Assembly: GCA_016291085.1 (NCBI GenBank)
Contig: JAEEVW010000001.1
Coordinates: 64,094-128,093, forward strand
Origin: Prevotella sp.
GTDB taxonomy: Bacteria; Bacteroidota; Bacteroidia; Bacteroidales; Bacteroidaceae
DNA: 64,000 bases
Direction: 5' to 3'
Made by a program: the position numbers and the translations under genes. Under the pieces are notes generated by a model, which worked only from the letters and a program-made list of their open reading frames with translations, searched no databases and had not been told where the DNA came from. Numbering within the stretch: the stretch's first letter is position 1; every line of letters starts with the position of its first letter. Below, piece by piece: positions 53,542-63,696 of the stretch.

Positions 53542-54768
53542 ATGACGAAATATAATGTTACAACGCTCGCAAATGGCCTTCGTGTCATCCATTTGCCGTC
53601 AGCATCACCAGTGGTTTATTGTGGCATCGGCATCAATGCCGGAGCCCGTCATGAGGCACCAGGCGAAGAAGGACTGGCCCACTTTTGCGAACACACCACG
53701 TTTAAGGGAACCCATCGGCGCTCGGCCCTGCAGATCCTGAATTGTCTGGAGAGTGTGGGAGGCGACCTGAATGCCTTTACCAACAAGGAAGATACGGTGT
53801 TCTATGCGGCTATCCAGCGCGAACACTTTTCTAGGGCTGTCGACTTGCTTTGCGACATTGTTTTTTGCAGTGAATATCCCCAACACGAGATAGAACGTGA
53901 AATCGACGTCATCTGCGACGAAATAGAGAGTTATAATGACTCGCCTGCCGAACTGATTTACGACGAGTTCGAAAACCTGATCTTCCGTGGGCATCCGTTG
54001 GGTCATAACATCCTGGGTACGCGCCAGCAGGTGCAGCAGTTCACCTCGCTCGACGCCCGTCGTTTCACCCAGCGTTACTACCATCCCGACAACGCCATCT
54101 TCTTCGTCTATGGCGACATCGACTTCGACCGCATGGTGAAGATGCTCGAAAGGCGTGTGAACAATGAAAGAATAGTGGAAAGCAGTTTGGTTTTGTGTGG
54201 TCCTTCTTCCGTCATCCCTCAGCCCTCTGACATCAAACCTCAAACCTCCCACCACCAGGCTCACGTCATGCTGGGCGTCCAGACCTTTAGCTACGACGAC
54301 CCGCGTCGCATGCCATTGTTCCTGCTGAACAATATGTTGGGCGGTCCAGGCATGAATGCCCGTCTGAACCTCTCCCTGCGCGAGCGTCACGGACTGGTCT
54401 ATACCGTCGAGAGTTCGCAGGTCAGCTATAGCGATACGGGGTGCTGGAGTGTCTATTTCGGATGCGACCATCACGACGTGAAACGTTGTCTGCGACTGGT
54501 ACATCGCGAATTGGACCGACTCGTGCAGCATCCGTTGTCAGAACGCCAGTTGCAGGCGGCAAAACGTCAGTTGAAAGGCCAGTTGGCCATCGCTTGTGAC
54601 AATCGTGAACAGTTTGCCCTCGACTTTGCCAAACATTTCCTGCATTATGGTCGCGAACGTAGCATCGACGAGTTGTTGCAACACATCGAAGCCATCACTC
54701 CAGCCCAGATCCAAGATGTCGCTCAAGAGCTCTTTGCTCCCGATAAATTGCAGCTTCTCACGCTCTGA
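53542..54768 (+). CDS. M16 (insulinase-family) zinc peptidase
   Basis: HFCEH (HxxEH), LNAFT, R..HGLVY; small heptamer-like insert ~54218-54248. Confidence 0.92.
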   Translation: MTKYNVTTLANGLRVIHLPSASPVVYCGIGINAGARHEAPGEEGLAHFCEHTTFKGTHRRSALQILNCLESVGGDLNAFTNKEDTVFYAAIQREHFSRAVDLLCDIVFCSEYPQHEIEREIDVICDEIESYNDSPAELIYDEFENLIFRGHPLGHNILGTRQQVQQFTSLDARRFTQRYYHPDNAIFFVYGDIDFDRMVKMLERRVNNERIVESSLVLCGPSSVIPQPSDIKPQTSHHQAHVMLGVQTFSYDDPRRMPLFLLNNMLGGPGMNARLNLSLRERHGLVYTVESSQVSYSDTGCWSVYFGCDHHDVKRCLRLVHRELDRLVQHPLSERQLQAAKRQLKGQLAIACDNREQFALDFAKHFLHYGRERSIDELLQHIEAITPAQIQDVAQELFAPDKLQLLTL

Positions 54769-54891
54769 TTTCATAAAAAACAATAATATTTTCGGAAAAA
54801 TTTGTTTCTTTATATAATAATGTGTACCTTCGTGCCCGATTTTTGCGCGATGGCGCATATTTTTTTATTTTTAGATGTTTTATAAAACAAG

Positions 54892-57324
54892 ATGAACGTA
54901 ATTACAAAGACCATTCAATTGCCCGATGGAAGAACCATCACAATTGAGACCGGGAAAGTGGCAAAGCAGGCCGATGGCAGTGTGATGCTCCGCATGAACA
55001 ACACTGTGCTGCTGGCTACTGTTTGTGCCGCAAAAGATGCAGTTCCCGGAACAGATTTCATGCCTCTGCAGGTAGACTACAGAGAGCAGTATGCCGCTGC
55101 AGGACGTTTCCCCGGTGGCTTCACCAAGCGCGAGGGTAAAGCCTCGGACAACGAGATTCTGACCAGTCGTCTGGTCGACCGTGTGCTCCGTCCCCTGTTC
55201 CCCTCCAATTATCACGCAGAAGTTTTTGTCAACGTAATGCTGTTCAGTGCCGATGGTGTTGACCAGCCCGATGCATTGGCAGGTTTTGCTGCATCAGCCG
55301 CGTTGGCATGTTCAGATATCCCCTTCGAGTGCCCCATCAGTGAGGTTCGCGTGGCTCGCGTCAATGGCGAGTACGTCATCGATCCTACCTTCGAGCAGAT
55401 GAAGGAGGCCGACATGGATATCATGGTCGGTGCCTCTGCCGAGAACATCATGATGGTGGAAGGTGAGATGAAGGAAGTCAGTGAGCAGGATCTGCTCGGT
55501 GCCCTGAAGGCTGCTATGGACGCTATCAAGCCCATGTGCGAGTTGCAGGTTGAACTGAGCAAGGAACTGGGCAAGGATGTGAAGCGCGAGTACGACCACG
55601 AGATCAACGACGAGGCACTTCGCGAACGCATGAACAAGGAGCTCTATCAGCCCGCCTACGACATCACTAAGCAGGCTCTCGAGAAGCACGCCCGTGCTGA
55701 GGCCTTCGAGAAGATTTTGGCCGACTTCAAGGAGAAATTCTTCGCAGAGCGCAAAGCTGCCGCTGAGGCAGCAGCCGCCACTGGTTCTCCTGCGGGTGAT
55801 GCCGTCGAGATCTCCGACGACGACTACGAGGCCATGATGGACCGCTACTACCACGATGTAGAGCGCGACGCCATGCGCCGTTGCATCCTCGACGAGGGCA
55901 TCCGTCTCGATGGTCGTAAGACCACCGATATCCGTCCCATCTGGTGCGAGGTTTCTCCCCTGCCCATGCCTCACGGAAGTTCTATCTTCACCCGTGGTGA
56001 GACGCAGTCGCTGACCACCGTGACGCTGGGTACCAAGCTCGACGAGAAGCTCGTCGACGATGTGCTCGACAAGAGCTATCAGCGCTTCCTGCTGCACTAC
56101 AACTTCCCCCCGTTCTGCACGGGTGAGGCTAAGGCACAGCGTGGCGTAGGTCGTCGTGAGATTGGTCACGGACATCTCGCATGGCGTGGTCTGAAGGAGA
56201 TGATTCCTGCCGACTTCCCCTACACCGTTCGTGTCGTCAGCCAGATCATGGAGTCTAACGGTTCTTCCAGTATGGCTACCGTCTGTGCTGGTACGCTGGC
56301 TCTGATGGACGCTGGTGTTCCCATGAAGAAGCCTGTTTCAGGTATCGCTATGGGTCTGATCAAGAATCCTGGTGAAGACAAGTACGCTGTTCTGAGCGAC
56401 ATCCTTGGCGACGAGGACCACTTGGGCGATATGGACTTCAAGACCACCGGTACGAAGGATGGTCTGACCGCTACCCAGATGGATATCAAGTGCGACGGTC
56501 TGTCGTTCGACATTCTCGAGAAGGCACTGATGCAGGCTAAGGCTGGTCGTGAGCACATCTTGAAGTGCATCACCGATACCATCGCCGAGCCACGTCCTGA
56601 GCTGAAGCCCCACGTTCCTCGTATCGAGGCCTTCGAGATTCCGAAGGAGTTCATTGGTGCTGTCATTGGCCCGGGCGGAAAAATCATCCAGCAAATGCAG
56701 GAAGACACCGGTGCTACCATCACCATCGACGAGGAAGACGGCGTTGGCAAGATTCAGGTCAGCGGTCCTAACAAGGAGTCAATCGACGCTGCTATCGCCA
56801 AGATTCGTGCTATCGTGGCTATCCCCGAGGTGGGTGAGGTTTACGAGGGTACTGTTCGTAGCATCATGCCTTACGGATGCTTCGTGGAGTTCATGCCTGG
56901 CAAGGATGGTCTGCTCCACATCTCTGAGATCGACTGGAAGCGTCTCGAGACTGTCGAGGAGGCTGGCATCAAGGAGGGTGACAAGATCACCGTCAAGCTG
57001 CTCGAGATTGATCCGAAGACAGGTAAGTTCAAGCTCTCTCACCGTGTGCTCATCGAGAAGCCCGAGGGCTATCAGGAGCGTCCTGCCCGTGAACGTGGCG
57101 AGCGCCGTGAGCGTCCTGATCGTGGCGAGCGTCGCGATCGTGGCGAACGTCGTGATCGTGGTGATCGTGGTGATCACAATAAAGAACGGAATGGCGAACG
57201 AAGTGAGCGTCGTCCCCGTCCTGAGCGTGGCGATCGTCCCCGTCCCGAGCGCAACGAGGAATACCACGAGCCCACCAACGAGCCCAAGGACTTCACCGAC
57301 GAACTCGACAAGATGGACTTTTAA
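54892..57324 (+). CDS. pnp: Polyribonucleotide nucleotidyltransferase
   Basis: [33 protein letters not shown] and S1 domains. Confidence 0.99.
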   Translation: MNVITKTIQLPDGRTITIETGKVAKQADGSVMLRMNNTVLLATVCAAKDAVPGTDFMPLQVDYREQYAAAGRFPGGFTKREGKASDNEILTSRLVDRVLRPLFPSNYHAEVFVNVMLFSADGVDQPDALAGFAASAALACSDIPFECPISEVRVARVNGEYVIDPTFEQMKEADMDIMVGASAENIMMVEGEMKEVSEQDLLGALKAAMDAIKPMCELQVELSKELGKDVKREYDHEINDEALRERMNKELYQPAYDITKQALEKHARAEAFEKILADFKEKFFAERKAAAEAAAATGSPAGDAVEISDDDYEAMMDRYYHDVERDAMRRCILDEGIRLDGRKTTDIRPIWCEVSPLPMPHGSSIFTRGETQSLTTVTLGTKLDEKLVDDVLDKSYQRFLLHYNFPPFCTGEAKAQRGVGRREIGHGHLAWRGLKEMIPADFPYTVRVVSQIMESNGSSSMATVCAGTLALMDAGVPMKKPVSGIAMGLIKNPGEDKYAVLSDILGDEDHLGDMDFKTTGTKDGLTATQMDIKCDGLSFDILEKALMQAKAGREHILKCITDTIAEPRPELKPHVPRIEAFEIPKEFIGAVIGPGGKIIQQMQEDTGATITIDEEDGVGKIQVSGPNKESIDAAIAKIRAIVAIPEVGEVYEGTVRSIMPYGCFVEFMPGKDGLLHISEIDWKRLETVEEAGIKEGDKITVKLLEIDPKTGKFKLSHRVLIEKPEGYQERPARERGERRERPDRGERRDRGERRDRGDRGDHNKERNGERSERRPRPERGDRPRPERNEEYHEPTNEPKDFTDELDKMDF

Positions 57325-57326
57325 TG

Positions 57327-57349
57327 AGTTGACAGTTGACAGTTGACAA
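57327..57349. repeat. Heptamer run (AGTTGAC x3)
   Basis: agttgacagttgacagttgacaa just after the pnp stop. Confidence 0.8.
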
Positions 57350-57431
57350 TTTGTCCACTTCATAAACAACTAAAGGTTCTGGCCCAAACAGGGCTGGAAC
57401 CTTTTCACTTAACTAACACTTCATACATTTT

Positions 57432-57950
57432 ATGGAAACAGACAGAATCCGACTTCGCCCGTGGAGCGAAAACGACAAAGAAGCACTTTTCAAGTATGCT
57501 TCTGACCCCGATGTGGGGCCTGGTGCCGGATGGTCACCCCATCAGAGTGTGGACGAAAGTCTCGACATTATCCGCACCCATTTCAGCAACGACCACACCT
57601 GGGCCATCGAACTGAAATCCACCGGTGAAGCCATTGGCGCTATGGGCTATATGCTTTCTGGCGAGAGCAATATCAGCATAGGCGAGAACGATGCCGAGGT
57701 GGGCTATTGGGTCGCCAAGCCCTATTGGAATCAAGGCATTTGCACTGAGGCACTCCGCTTGCTCGTCGACTACTGTGCCAAGCTGAAGACCATACAGAGC
57801 CTCTGGGGCGACTATTTTGTCGACAACCCAGCCTCGGCCCGAGTCATGGAGAAGTGCGGCTTCCGCGAAACGGGCACAACAAGCTATTGCTCCCACCTCT
57901 ATGGCGGAAGCAATCGTCCTGTGAAAATCTTGAAATTGGAATTGAAGTAA
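57432..57950 (+). CDS. RimJ/RimL-type GNAT acetyltransferase
   Basis: RLRPW, EVGYWVAKPYWNQGICTEA, NPASARVMEKCGF. Confidence 0.9.
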   Translation: METDRIRLRPWSENDKEALFKYASDPDVGPGAGWSPHQSVDESLDIIRTHFSNDHTWAIELKSTGEAIGAMGYMLSGESNISIGENDAEVGYWVAKPYWNQGICTEALRLLVDYCAKLKTIQSLWGDYFVDNPASARVMEKCGFRETGTTSYCSHLYGGSNRPVKILKLELK

Positions 57951-57956
57951 TCCCAA

Positions 57957-58017
57957 AGAGGGGGTGACCTTACTCGAAGGTCTAATCTATCACAATACCC
58001 CTCTCTGTTTCCCTGTT
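57957..58017. terminator. Hairpin between convergent GNAT and hicB
   Basis: AGAGGGGGT...ACCCCTCTCT with inner GACCT/AGGTC. Confidence 0.5.
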
Positions 58018-58429
58018 ACTTGATGCTAAGCAATGCCTGTCCTATAGCGTGGATACCATCAAGTATTTTTTGTCTTTGCTTGGCGCTGGGGCGCTTGAAG
58101 CCATTGGCATAATTGCTCAGAAGACGTTCATTAATTCCTGTAGCACGTGCAATAGCAGCAATCGTTGTCATACCTTCTAAACTCTGAAGCAGCGACGCGG
58201 TATCTGTTAAGCACCATTTAAATTCATAGTCGCCATCGACCAACCACTGAGGAACTTCGTCACCATCCTCAATCATTCCCTGGATATGAAACTCGAGCGA
58301 TTCTTTTACTTCCTTCTTTAGCTTGGAGTATGTCTTTGCGGTGACCAACACAACTCCAGGGACATTCCCACCTAATGTAGCGGCAAAATTCTTATTGCAC
58401 CATTCTACTTCAACTTTAATTTTTTGCAT
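58016..58429 (-). CDS. hicB: HicB-family antitoxin with C-terminal HTH
   Basis: MQKIKVEVEW..NFAA..VPG..TAKT..LKKEVKESLEFHI; IAAIARATGINERLLSNYANGFKRP. Confidence 0.88.
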   Translation of the reverse strand: MQKIKVEVEWCNKNFAATLGGNVPGVVLVTAKTYSKLKKEVKESLEFHIQGMIEDGDEVPQWLVDGDYEFKWCLTDTASLLQSLEGMTTIAAIARATGINERLLSNYANGFKRPSAKQRQKILDGIHAIGQALLSIK

Positions 58430-58459
58430 TACATTCGGCTCTTTTGTTATTTCCGGGTG

Positions 58460-58510
58460 CAAAGGTAGTAAAAATAATACTTATCTCCAAACTTTTTGAG
58501 TATTATTTTT
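58460..58510 (-). promoter_or_regulatory. hicB promoter with inverted-repeat operator
   Basis: TACCTTTG box (58460-67, minus); AAAAATAATACT-N17-AGTATTATTTTT. Confidence 0.65.
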
Positions 58511-58532
58511 AATACTTTTATTATTTTTCTAC

Positions 58533-58580
58533 AAAAATGGGCGAAAATAGGGGGACACCCCCTAAAATCGCCCATAGATC
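58533..58580 (-). terminator. Intrinsic terminator after hicA-2
   Basis: ATGGGCGA..TAGGGGG/CCCCCTA..TCGCCCAT with minus-strand U-tract. Confidence 0.8.
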
Positions 58581-58600
58581 AACAGCAATATAATATTTCG

Positions 58601-58807
58601 TTACCTTCTAGGAAATTTAATTCCTGCTTGTGACTCAATGGAACGGAGTAAGCATACTGGGACGTCATCATTCATTTTATGACCACTTACAGTCACCAAT
58701 CCAGGCTTTGTAGAGTGTCTATATTGACGGTGACTACCTCTTTGTCTTACTAAATACCATCCATCCTTCTCGAGGATACGAATCACTTCACGAACGTTAT
58801 AAACCAT
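58601..58807 (-). CDS. hicA: HicA-family mRNA interferase (copy 2)
   Basis: REVIRILEKDGWYLVRQRGSHRQYRHSTKPGLVTV; start refined to MVYNV. Confidence 0.93.
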   Translation of the reverse strand: MVYNVREVIRILEKDGWYLVRQRGSHRQYRHSTKPGLVTVSGHKMNDDVPVCLLRSIESQAGIKFPRR

Positions 58808-58996
58808 ACAAGAAACACTAAATAAAGGGTTGGACAAATTGTGAATTCTCCTATTGGATGCATCCTCCTATTATGCGTTTTGGACTAGGAAATCCGTAAG
58901 AAATAATTTCATAATTTACTCTTTTCTTTAATGTTTAAATTTTTTTTAATGCTTTTTTTTTAAAATATTCGCATTTCCGTATGGTATTGATGGTCT

Positions 58997-59025
58997 TAAT
59001 CGCTATTAATCCAAGTGCAAAGATA
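58997..59025 (-). promoter_or_regulatory. hicA-2 promoter with conserved +1 motif
   Basis: CAAAGATA box 59018-25; TAATCGCTATTAATC 58997-59011. Confidence 0.7.
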
Positions 59026-59117
59026 CAGTTTAATAATCAATAATCCAAGACTTTTTAAATAATTAACTTTTAGAACACATTCAGTTCTGGAATAGAATGA
59101 GGAAAGCTGAAATGGTG

Positions 59118-59164
59118 AAAAAGTGGGCGAAGTAGGGTAGACCCATGCACTTGCCCACTGATCG
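59118..59164 (-). terminator. Intrinsic terminator after hicA-1
   Basis: AGTGGGC..GGGT/ACCC..GCCCACT with U-tract; homologous to 58533-58580. Confidence 0.8.
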
Positions 59165-59174
59165 ATAGCGATAA

Positions 59175-59426
59175 TCAAACAACAATGTCACGAAAACGTA
59201 AGCCGGTATTATTTTGGATGTTTGCGATAATTCCCCGAGGGAGCTCATGCGACAATTTTCCAGCAACAGTAATCACATGTGGATTACCTGCTTTATGAAA
59301 TTGACGATGATCGCCACCCCCCATAGGAGCCATTATCCAACCATTTTGCTCTAAAGCCCAAATGATTTCAGACACCCTAAACACCTTCTTTTGTTTTCTC
59401 CCTTTTTGTTTTCTTTTGTTTGCCAT
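59175..59426 (-). CDS. hicA: HicA-family mRNA interferase (copy 1) with basic N-terminal extension
   Basis: SEIIWALEQNGW..GGGDHRQFHK..VITVAG..ELPRGIIANI. Confidence 0.85.
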   Translation of the reverse strand: MANKRKQKGRKQKKVFRVSEIIWALEQNGWIMAPMGGGDHRQFHKAGNPHVITVAGKLSHELPRGIIANIQNNTGLRFRDIVV

Positions 59427-59485
59427 ATTCCAAATCTAAATATGTTGTTCACTAAACATCATAGTTATAGAATGGAACATAGGAC

Positions 59486-59513
59486 TAATCGCCATTAATC
59501 GGTTGCAAAGATA
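59486..59513 (-). promoter_or_regulatory. hicA-1 promoter with conserved +1 motif
   Basis: CAAAGATA box 59506-13; TAATCGCCATTAATC 59486-59500. Confidence 0.7.
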
Positions 59514-59615
59514 TATGTTTTTCTCCTTTCTACCTAAAAACAATGAAAAAAATTTGTGTGTATTTGTTTTTTTTTCTATTTTTGCACTTAGAAAGCAATT
59601 TAAATCCTAAACTAT

Positions 59616-62600
59616 ATGTCACATATTTCATCCATCTTAGAGCCAGAGTACGCTGCAATATTAAAGGCTCGTTTCTGCAAACAGTATATGCCTAGTTTGA
59701 AAGAGTTTTTATCGGATTTTGATATTTCTGAAACGCTCACCGATGATAAACAGGCCTGTAATTCTTTAAAAATGCACTTCCTATTGGATAAGTATGACGA
59801 TATTAAGCAGAAAGATGAGGGAAAAAGAAAAAAACAGATCAAAAAATTGAAAGAGAATTGTAAGTGGCATATTAAAAATGTTACAGACGAAGAATTGTTA
59901 TTAGCAATCGAAGAATTTTTCTTTATTACAGAGAAGACAGATAAAATTAATGAGGCCAAGAATAACAATAGCCAGGTTCTTGATGAAAAGAATACTATAA
60001 GCGGAAAAAGAAACAAGTTATTAGAAAATTTGTTCAAATATGGATTTAAAGGTGACGAGCAGTCCAGTATTGCAGATACAACAATGTTTGCTATTGCTGA
60101 GTATTTTGGAATAAAAAAAGAAATACAAGATTTAGGAAAGTTATTTGAAACATATGAATGTATTGCATATGCTTTGAAAGAAAAGAATCCTGAAGAATCT
60201 GGAGTCTGGCAGTTCCATAATGCACTGAGGTTATTTAGTTGTGTTAGAAATGGTGTAGTACATCCTGATTTTCAATATGATGGTGAAAAATTAACTCGTT
60301 ATCATGAGTTTATAATTTTTACTTATATTGGATATGTTTTGGCTTGTCGTAGAATATGGAAGGCCTTTAATTATGAGCCAATATTGTCAGCAATGCTTAA
60401 ATATAACAAAGAAAAGGATGAGATTGAAAGAGCAAAAACACTAACGTTATTTGAATTTCCGAAAGAATCAAAGAAGGATTTTAGCTTGCCCGCAGAAACA
60501 GTTGAAATAAGAATAGAAAAAGGACATCGAAATATCAAAATAAACAGTAAAGATGAAGATGGAAAGGTTATCAAAGTTAATAGGTTTAATGATGATGACA
60601 ATCATTATTTCATAAAAGTCTGCAAATATAAAAAATTCACAATTCATATTACGTGTGACGATAGCACTGTGCCTCTTGTTATCGAAGACGAGCTGGATTA
60701 CAATTCTTGGTTTTTTTGTTACAAAGTTATTCTGCCAGATAATTGGACTCCGTCATCTATAGAGTATGAAAATCTGAGCAAAGGAACACAGAAATTGATA
60801 TCCGTAGTTGCTAATTCGGTTAATCAAACCATTCGCGAAGAAATTAAGAATGCCATACAACATGAACTAGCTGCACTTCAGCCACTTTTCCAACTAGCAA
60901 AAGATGGTACCAAAGATCAAGAAGAATTAGATAACTCTTTAAATGAGATCTTGGTTCAGTTAAAAAATGTCGGTAATACGACTGATGATACAAAGAATCA
61001 GATAGAACAAATTCATCTACAAATTGGTGGTTTGCATAAAAGATTTTTGGGTAGGCTCGATGAGTTTTCTGACAGTTTCTATGATTTAAAAGAGAAGAAT
61101 AAGATTATCGTTGAGAAAGTAGATACCCTAATTGAATTTGCTAAGCAAAACAGGAAGTTTATATGGACTGCTACCTCTGTTATAGGACTGGGCTTTGTTT
61201 GTTGTATCTTATTCAATTTTGATTCTTTGCAATCTCCTATCTTATCATCCTTCAAGATTCTTGTCATTATAATTCTTATAGTCAGTTCCTATTGCCTTTA
61301 TAGGCAATCTAAACCGCTAAGATTTATTAAAGGTAAATTAACGCGTTTTATTGCTTTGGGGCTTATCGTGCTATTTTCTTGGTTTGGTTTAAAATGCGCA
61401 ATTGATACGGGGAGGGAATTCTTTGTCAATCATTGTTATGATTTTGCCGAAAAAGATCCTGAAAGGAATCAGGAAGTTGCCAATCTCATGGAATCAATAT
61501 TAGAATCTAATCCTAATGATGAAGAGACGAGAATGAAATTGACAAGATACTATCTTGACTATGCTAATGATGCAGAAAAAGCATTCATAATAGCAAGCCC
61601 CATGCTTGACGATATTGAAAAACATCCAAGGGGCATTTTGGCAATTATTGAAGCTCTATATAGCCAAGGGAAGGACTTTTGGAAGGTTCGCGATCTTCTT
61701 GAGAGTTATAAGAAAACTAACGACTGTGATTCAAATGTTGTTAATCGGATAGAAGGAATTATGAATGTTTGGGGACAAGGTCAGACAAGTAATATTAATA
61801 AGGGTTTTAGTTTACTAAGATTGTCTGCTGATAATGGTGATATAGAGGCCCAATATTACCTTGGTTATGCCCTATCACATGAGATGACTGATTGGGAAAA
61901 ATCAAAATTGTCAGGACATGTAGAAACTTCTGAATTTGACCTGATTACTAGTATTGAATATCTACGCAAAGCTGCCATATACAAACCAAAAGCAGCATTG
62001 GAACTTGGGCGTTTGTATGCAGATCTAAATGTTAGAGATAGTGCTGAGGTATATCTAAATAAGGCAAGATTACATTCAAGTGGTGAATTATACAAGGAAT
62101 CTTTGTATAGATTAGGATTACTATACGAAGGTACGGATGAAGGAAATCAATTCATAAAGAAAGCTGCTTTTTTGGACTATGTGCCAGCTATACTATATAA
62201 GGCCAATAAAGAAGACGATCATAAGTCTGCTATAGAGTTGTATAATAGTCTAGATGGCTATCATGGATATAGATATATTTTACCCATAGCATTTCATCAT
62301 TTGGCATTAGGACAAAGAAATAAAGCATTGAAGGCTTTACAGGATGGAAGACCTTTTGGAAAATTCGATATGAACTTCATCGTTGGAATAGATTCTATTA
62401 TGCATTCATATGATGATGCCCAACAAGCAAAAAGCCAAGCAGATTCTTTGTTAAAAGAACACTGGAATCTTTTAGCAAAAAAAGATTCTACAGCCGCAAT
62501 GAAATATATAATGGAGTCTGCGAAACAAGGTTGTCTTTATGCCGAAATGATTTGTGTTTTCAGAGATGCAGAGCGTAATGGAACTTCAGATCGTCAAGCA

Positions 62601-63101
62601 TTTAGGCTAACAGAAATAGGTGAAGAAATTCCTTTTGCCTATGTTCTTCTTTCTTATCTTGCTCATAAAGAGGAACGTTTTATGTCTTTGGGGTTCCCCT
62701 TTTCTGATTATTTTGCGAATCAAGCAATTGGGAAAGGACATCCTGCTGGGAGACTGATGCTTGATGTCCCCTCCTATTATCTTGATTATATTCAAAAATC
62801 AATAAGTAATAAAGGTTTTGCTGCATATCAATATAATATAAGACAAAGAGCACTGCGCATAAACAAAAACAAACGTTTGAATATAATATATAGTTATAAA
62901 GCTGAGAAAACTATAACTGATAATAAATTAGAAGCTAAGAGTTATAACTTCTGGGATTATGTCAGTAGGGCCAACAATGTTGATTTACATGAACTAAATA
63001 TGGATCCCATTGTATTTCCAGAAATATCAGATATCGAACTGCTAAATGAATTTAGTGACAAAATCATAGACAATCAGCAAGAAACACCTTTTATAAAATA
63101 A
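59616..63101 (+). CDS. 1161-aa membrane protein: HEPN-like RxxxxH domain, beta domain, coiled coil, 3 TM, Sel1/TPR repeats
   Basis: RNGVVH at aa 211-216; heptad region ~385-512; TMs ~515-535, 542-562, 578-596; Sel1-like SADNGDIEAQYYLG, KAALELGRLY, ESAKQGCLYA; promoter TATTTTTG 59577-84. Confidence 0.75.
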   Translation: MSHISSILEPEYAAILKARFCKQYMPSLKEFLSDFDISETLTDDKQACNSLKMHFLLDKYDDIKQKDEGKRKKQIKKLKENCKWHIKNVTDEELLLAIEEFFFITEKTDKINEAKNNNSQVLDEKNTISGKRNKLLENLFKYGFKGDEQSSIADTTMFAIAEYFGIKKEIQDLGKLFETYECIAYALKEKNPEESGVWQFHNALRLFSCVRNGVVHPDFQYDGEKLTRYHEFIIFTYIGYVLACRRIWKAFNYEPILSAMLKYNKEKDEIERAKTLTLFEFPKESKKDFSLPAETVEIRIEKGHRNIKINSKDEDGKVIKVNRFNDDDNHYFIKVCKYKKFTIHITCDDSTVPLVIEDELDYNSWFFCYKVILPDNWTPSSIEYENLSKGTQKLISVVANSVNQTIREEIKNAIQHELAALQPLFQLAKDGTKDQEELDNSLNEILVQLKNVGNTTDDTKNQIEQIHLQIGGLHKRFLGRLDEFSDSFYDLKEKNKIIVEKVDTLIEFAKQNRKFIWTATSVIGLGFVCCILFNFDSLQSPILSSFKILVIIILIVSSYCLYRQSKPLRFIKGKLTRFIALGLIVLFSWFGLKCAIDTGREFFVNHCYDFAEKDPERNQEVANLMESILESNPNDEETRMKLTRYYLDYANDAEKAFIIASPMLDDIEKHPRGILAIIEALYSQGKDFWKVRDLLESYKKTNDCDSNVVNRIEGIMNVWGQGQTSNINKGFSLLRLSADNGDIEAQYYLGYALSHEMTDWEKSKLSGHVETSEFDLITSIEYLRKAAIYKPKAALELGRLYADLNVRDSAEVYLNKARLHSSGELYKESLYRLGLLYEGTDEGNQFIKKAAFLDYVPAILYKANKEDDHKSAIELYNSLDGYHGYRYILPIAFHHLALGQRNKALKALQDGRPFGKFDMNFIVGIDSIMHSYDDAQQAKSQADSLLKEHWNLLAKKDSTAAMKYIMESAKQGCLYAEMICVFRDAERNGTSDRQAFRLTEIGEEIPFAYVLLSYLAHKEERFMSLGFPFSDYFANQAIGKGHPAGRLMLDVPSYYLDYIQKSISNKGFAAYQYNIRQRALRINKNKRLNIIYSYKAEKTITDNKLEAKSYNFWDYVSRANNVDLHELNMDPIVFPEISDIELLNEFSDKIIDNQQETPFIK

Positions 63102-63134
63102 TCAATTCACAATTTTATTAAAACCAGTACAATT

Positions 63135-63662
63135 ATGAAAAAAAGTGTAATCGTGTTAGTTGTATTAATAGCAATGATGGCTTGTGGCACAAAGAGTGAA
63201 AATGCTTCTCAAAAGCAGAGTGAAGAAGAATTACGATCAGCTATAGTTGGTTCATGGTATGTGGTGACAGGAGAGAATAGGTCCATCACCGTTGATAGTA
63301 CAGAAATAGCGCAAGCGAATCAAAGTGAATTTAAGGGCCTAGGAATGACTATGAGGAGAGAATTCTATAAAGATGGTCGATACTTTGAACGTGAGATTAC
63401 TAAAGTAACTGCCTATGAAGATACGGCAGGACTGCTGTTATACTCTATTAAAGGGACATGGGAAATTAGTGGAGACACATTAATATTAACTTCAAGAGTG
63501 GAAGATGTTGTGCATCCTGAACATACAAGAATTACGGCGAAAAGTGGTGCAATAAGAGCAAAGGAGATTATTAAAAGGATCTCTAATGATAGTCTAATCA
63601 TTCAGGATAATGTCAAAGATAAGAATGGCGTAGTTCAGGATTTAATTATGTTAAAAGAATAG
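63135..63662 (+). CDS. Lipoprotein, lipocalin-like fold candidate
   Basis: Lipobox AMMAC; IVGSW motif; GTWEISGDTL. Confidence 0.75.
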   Translation: MKKSVIVLVVLIAMMACGTKSENASQKQSEEELRSAIVGSWYVVTGENRSITVDSTEIAQANQSEFKGLGMTMRREFYKDGRYFEREITKVTAYEDTAGLLLYSIKGTWEISGDTLILTSRVEDVVHPEHTRITAKSGAIRAKEIIKRISNDSLIIQDNVKDKNGVVQDLIMLKE

Positions 63663-63696
63663 ACAGCGAGAAATAGCCATTCTAATAATATAGGTT

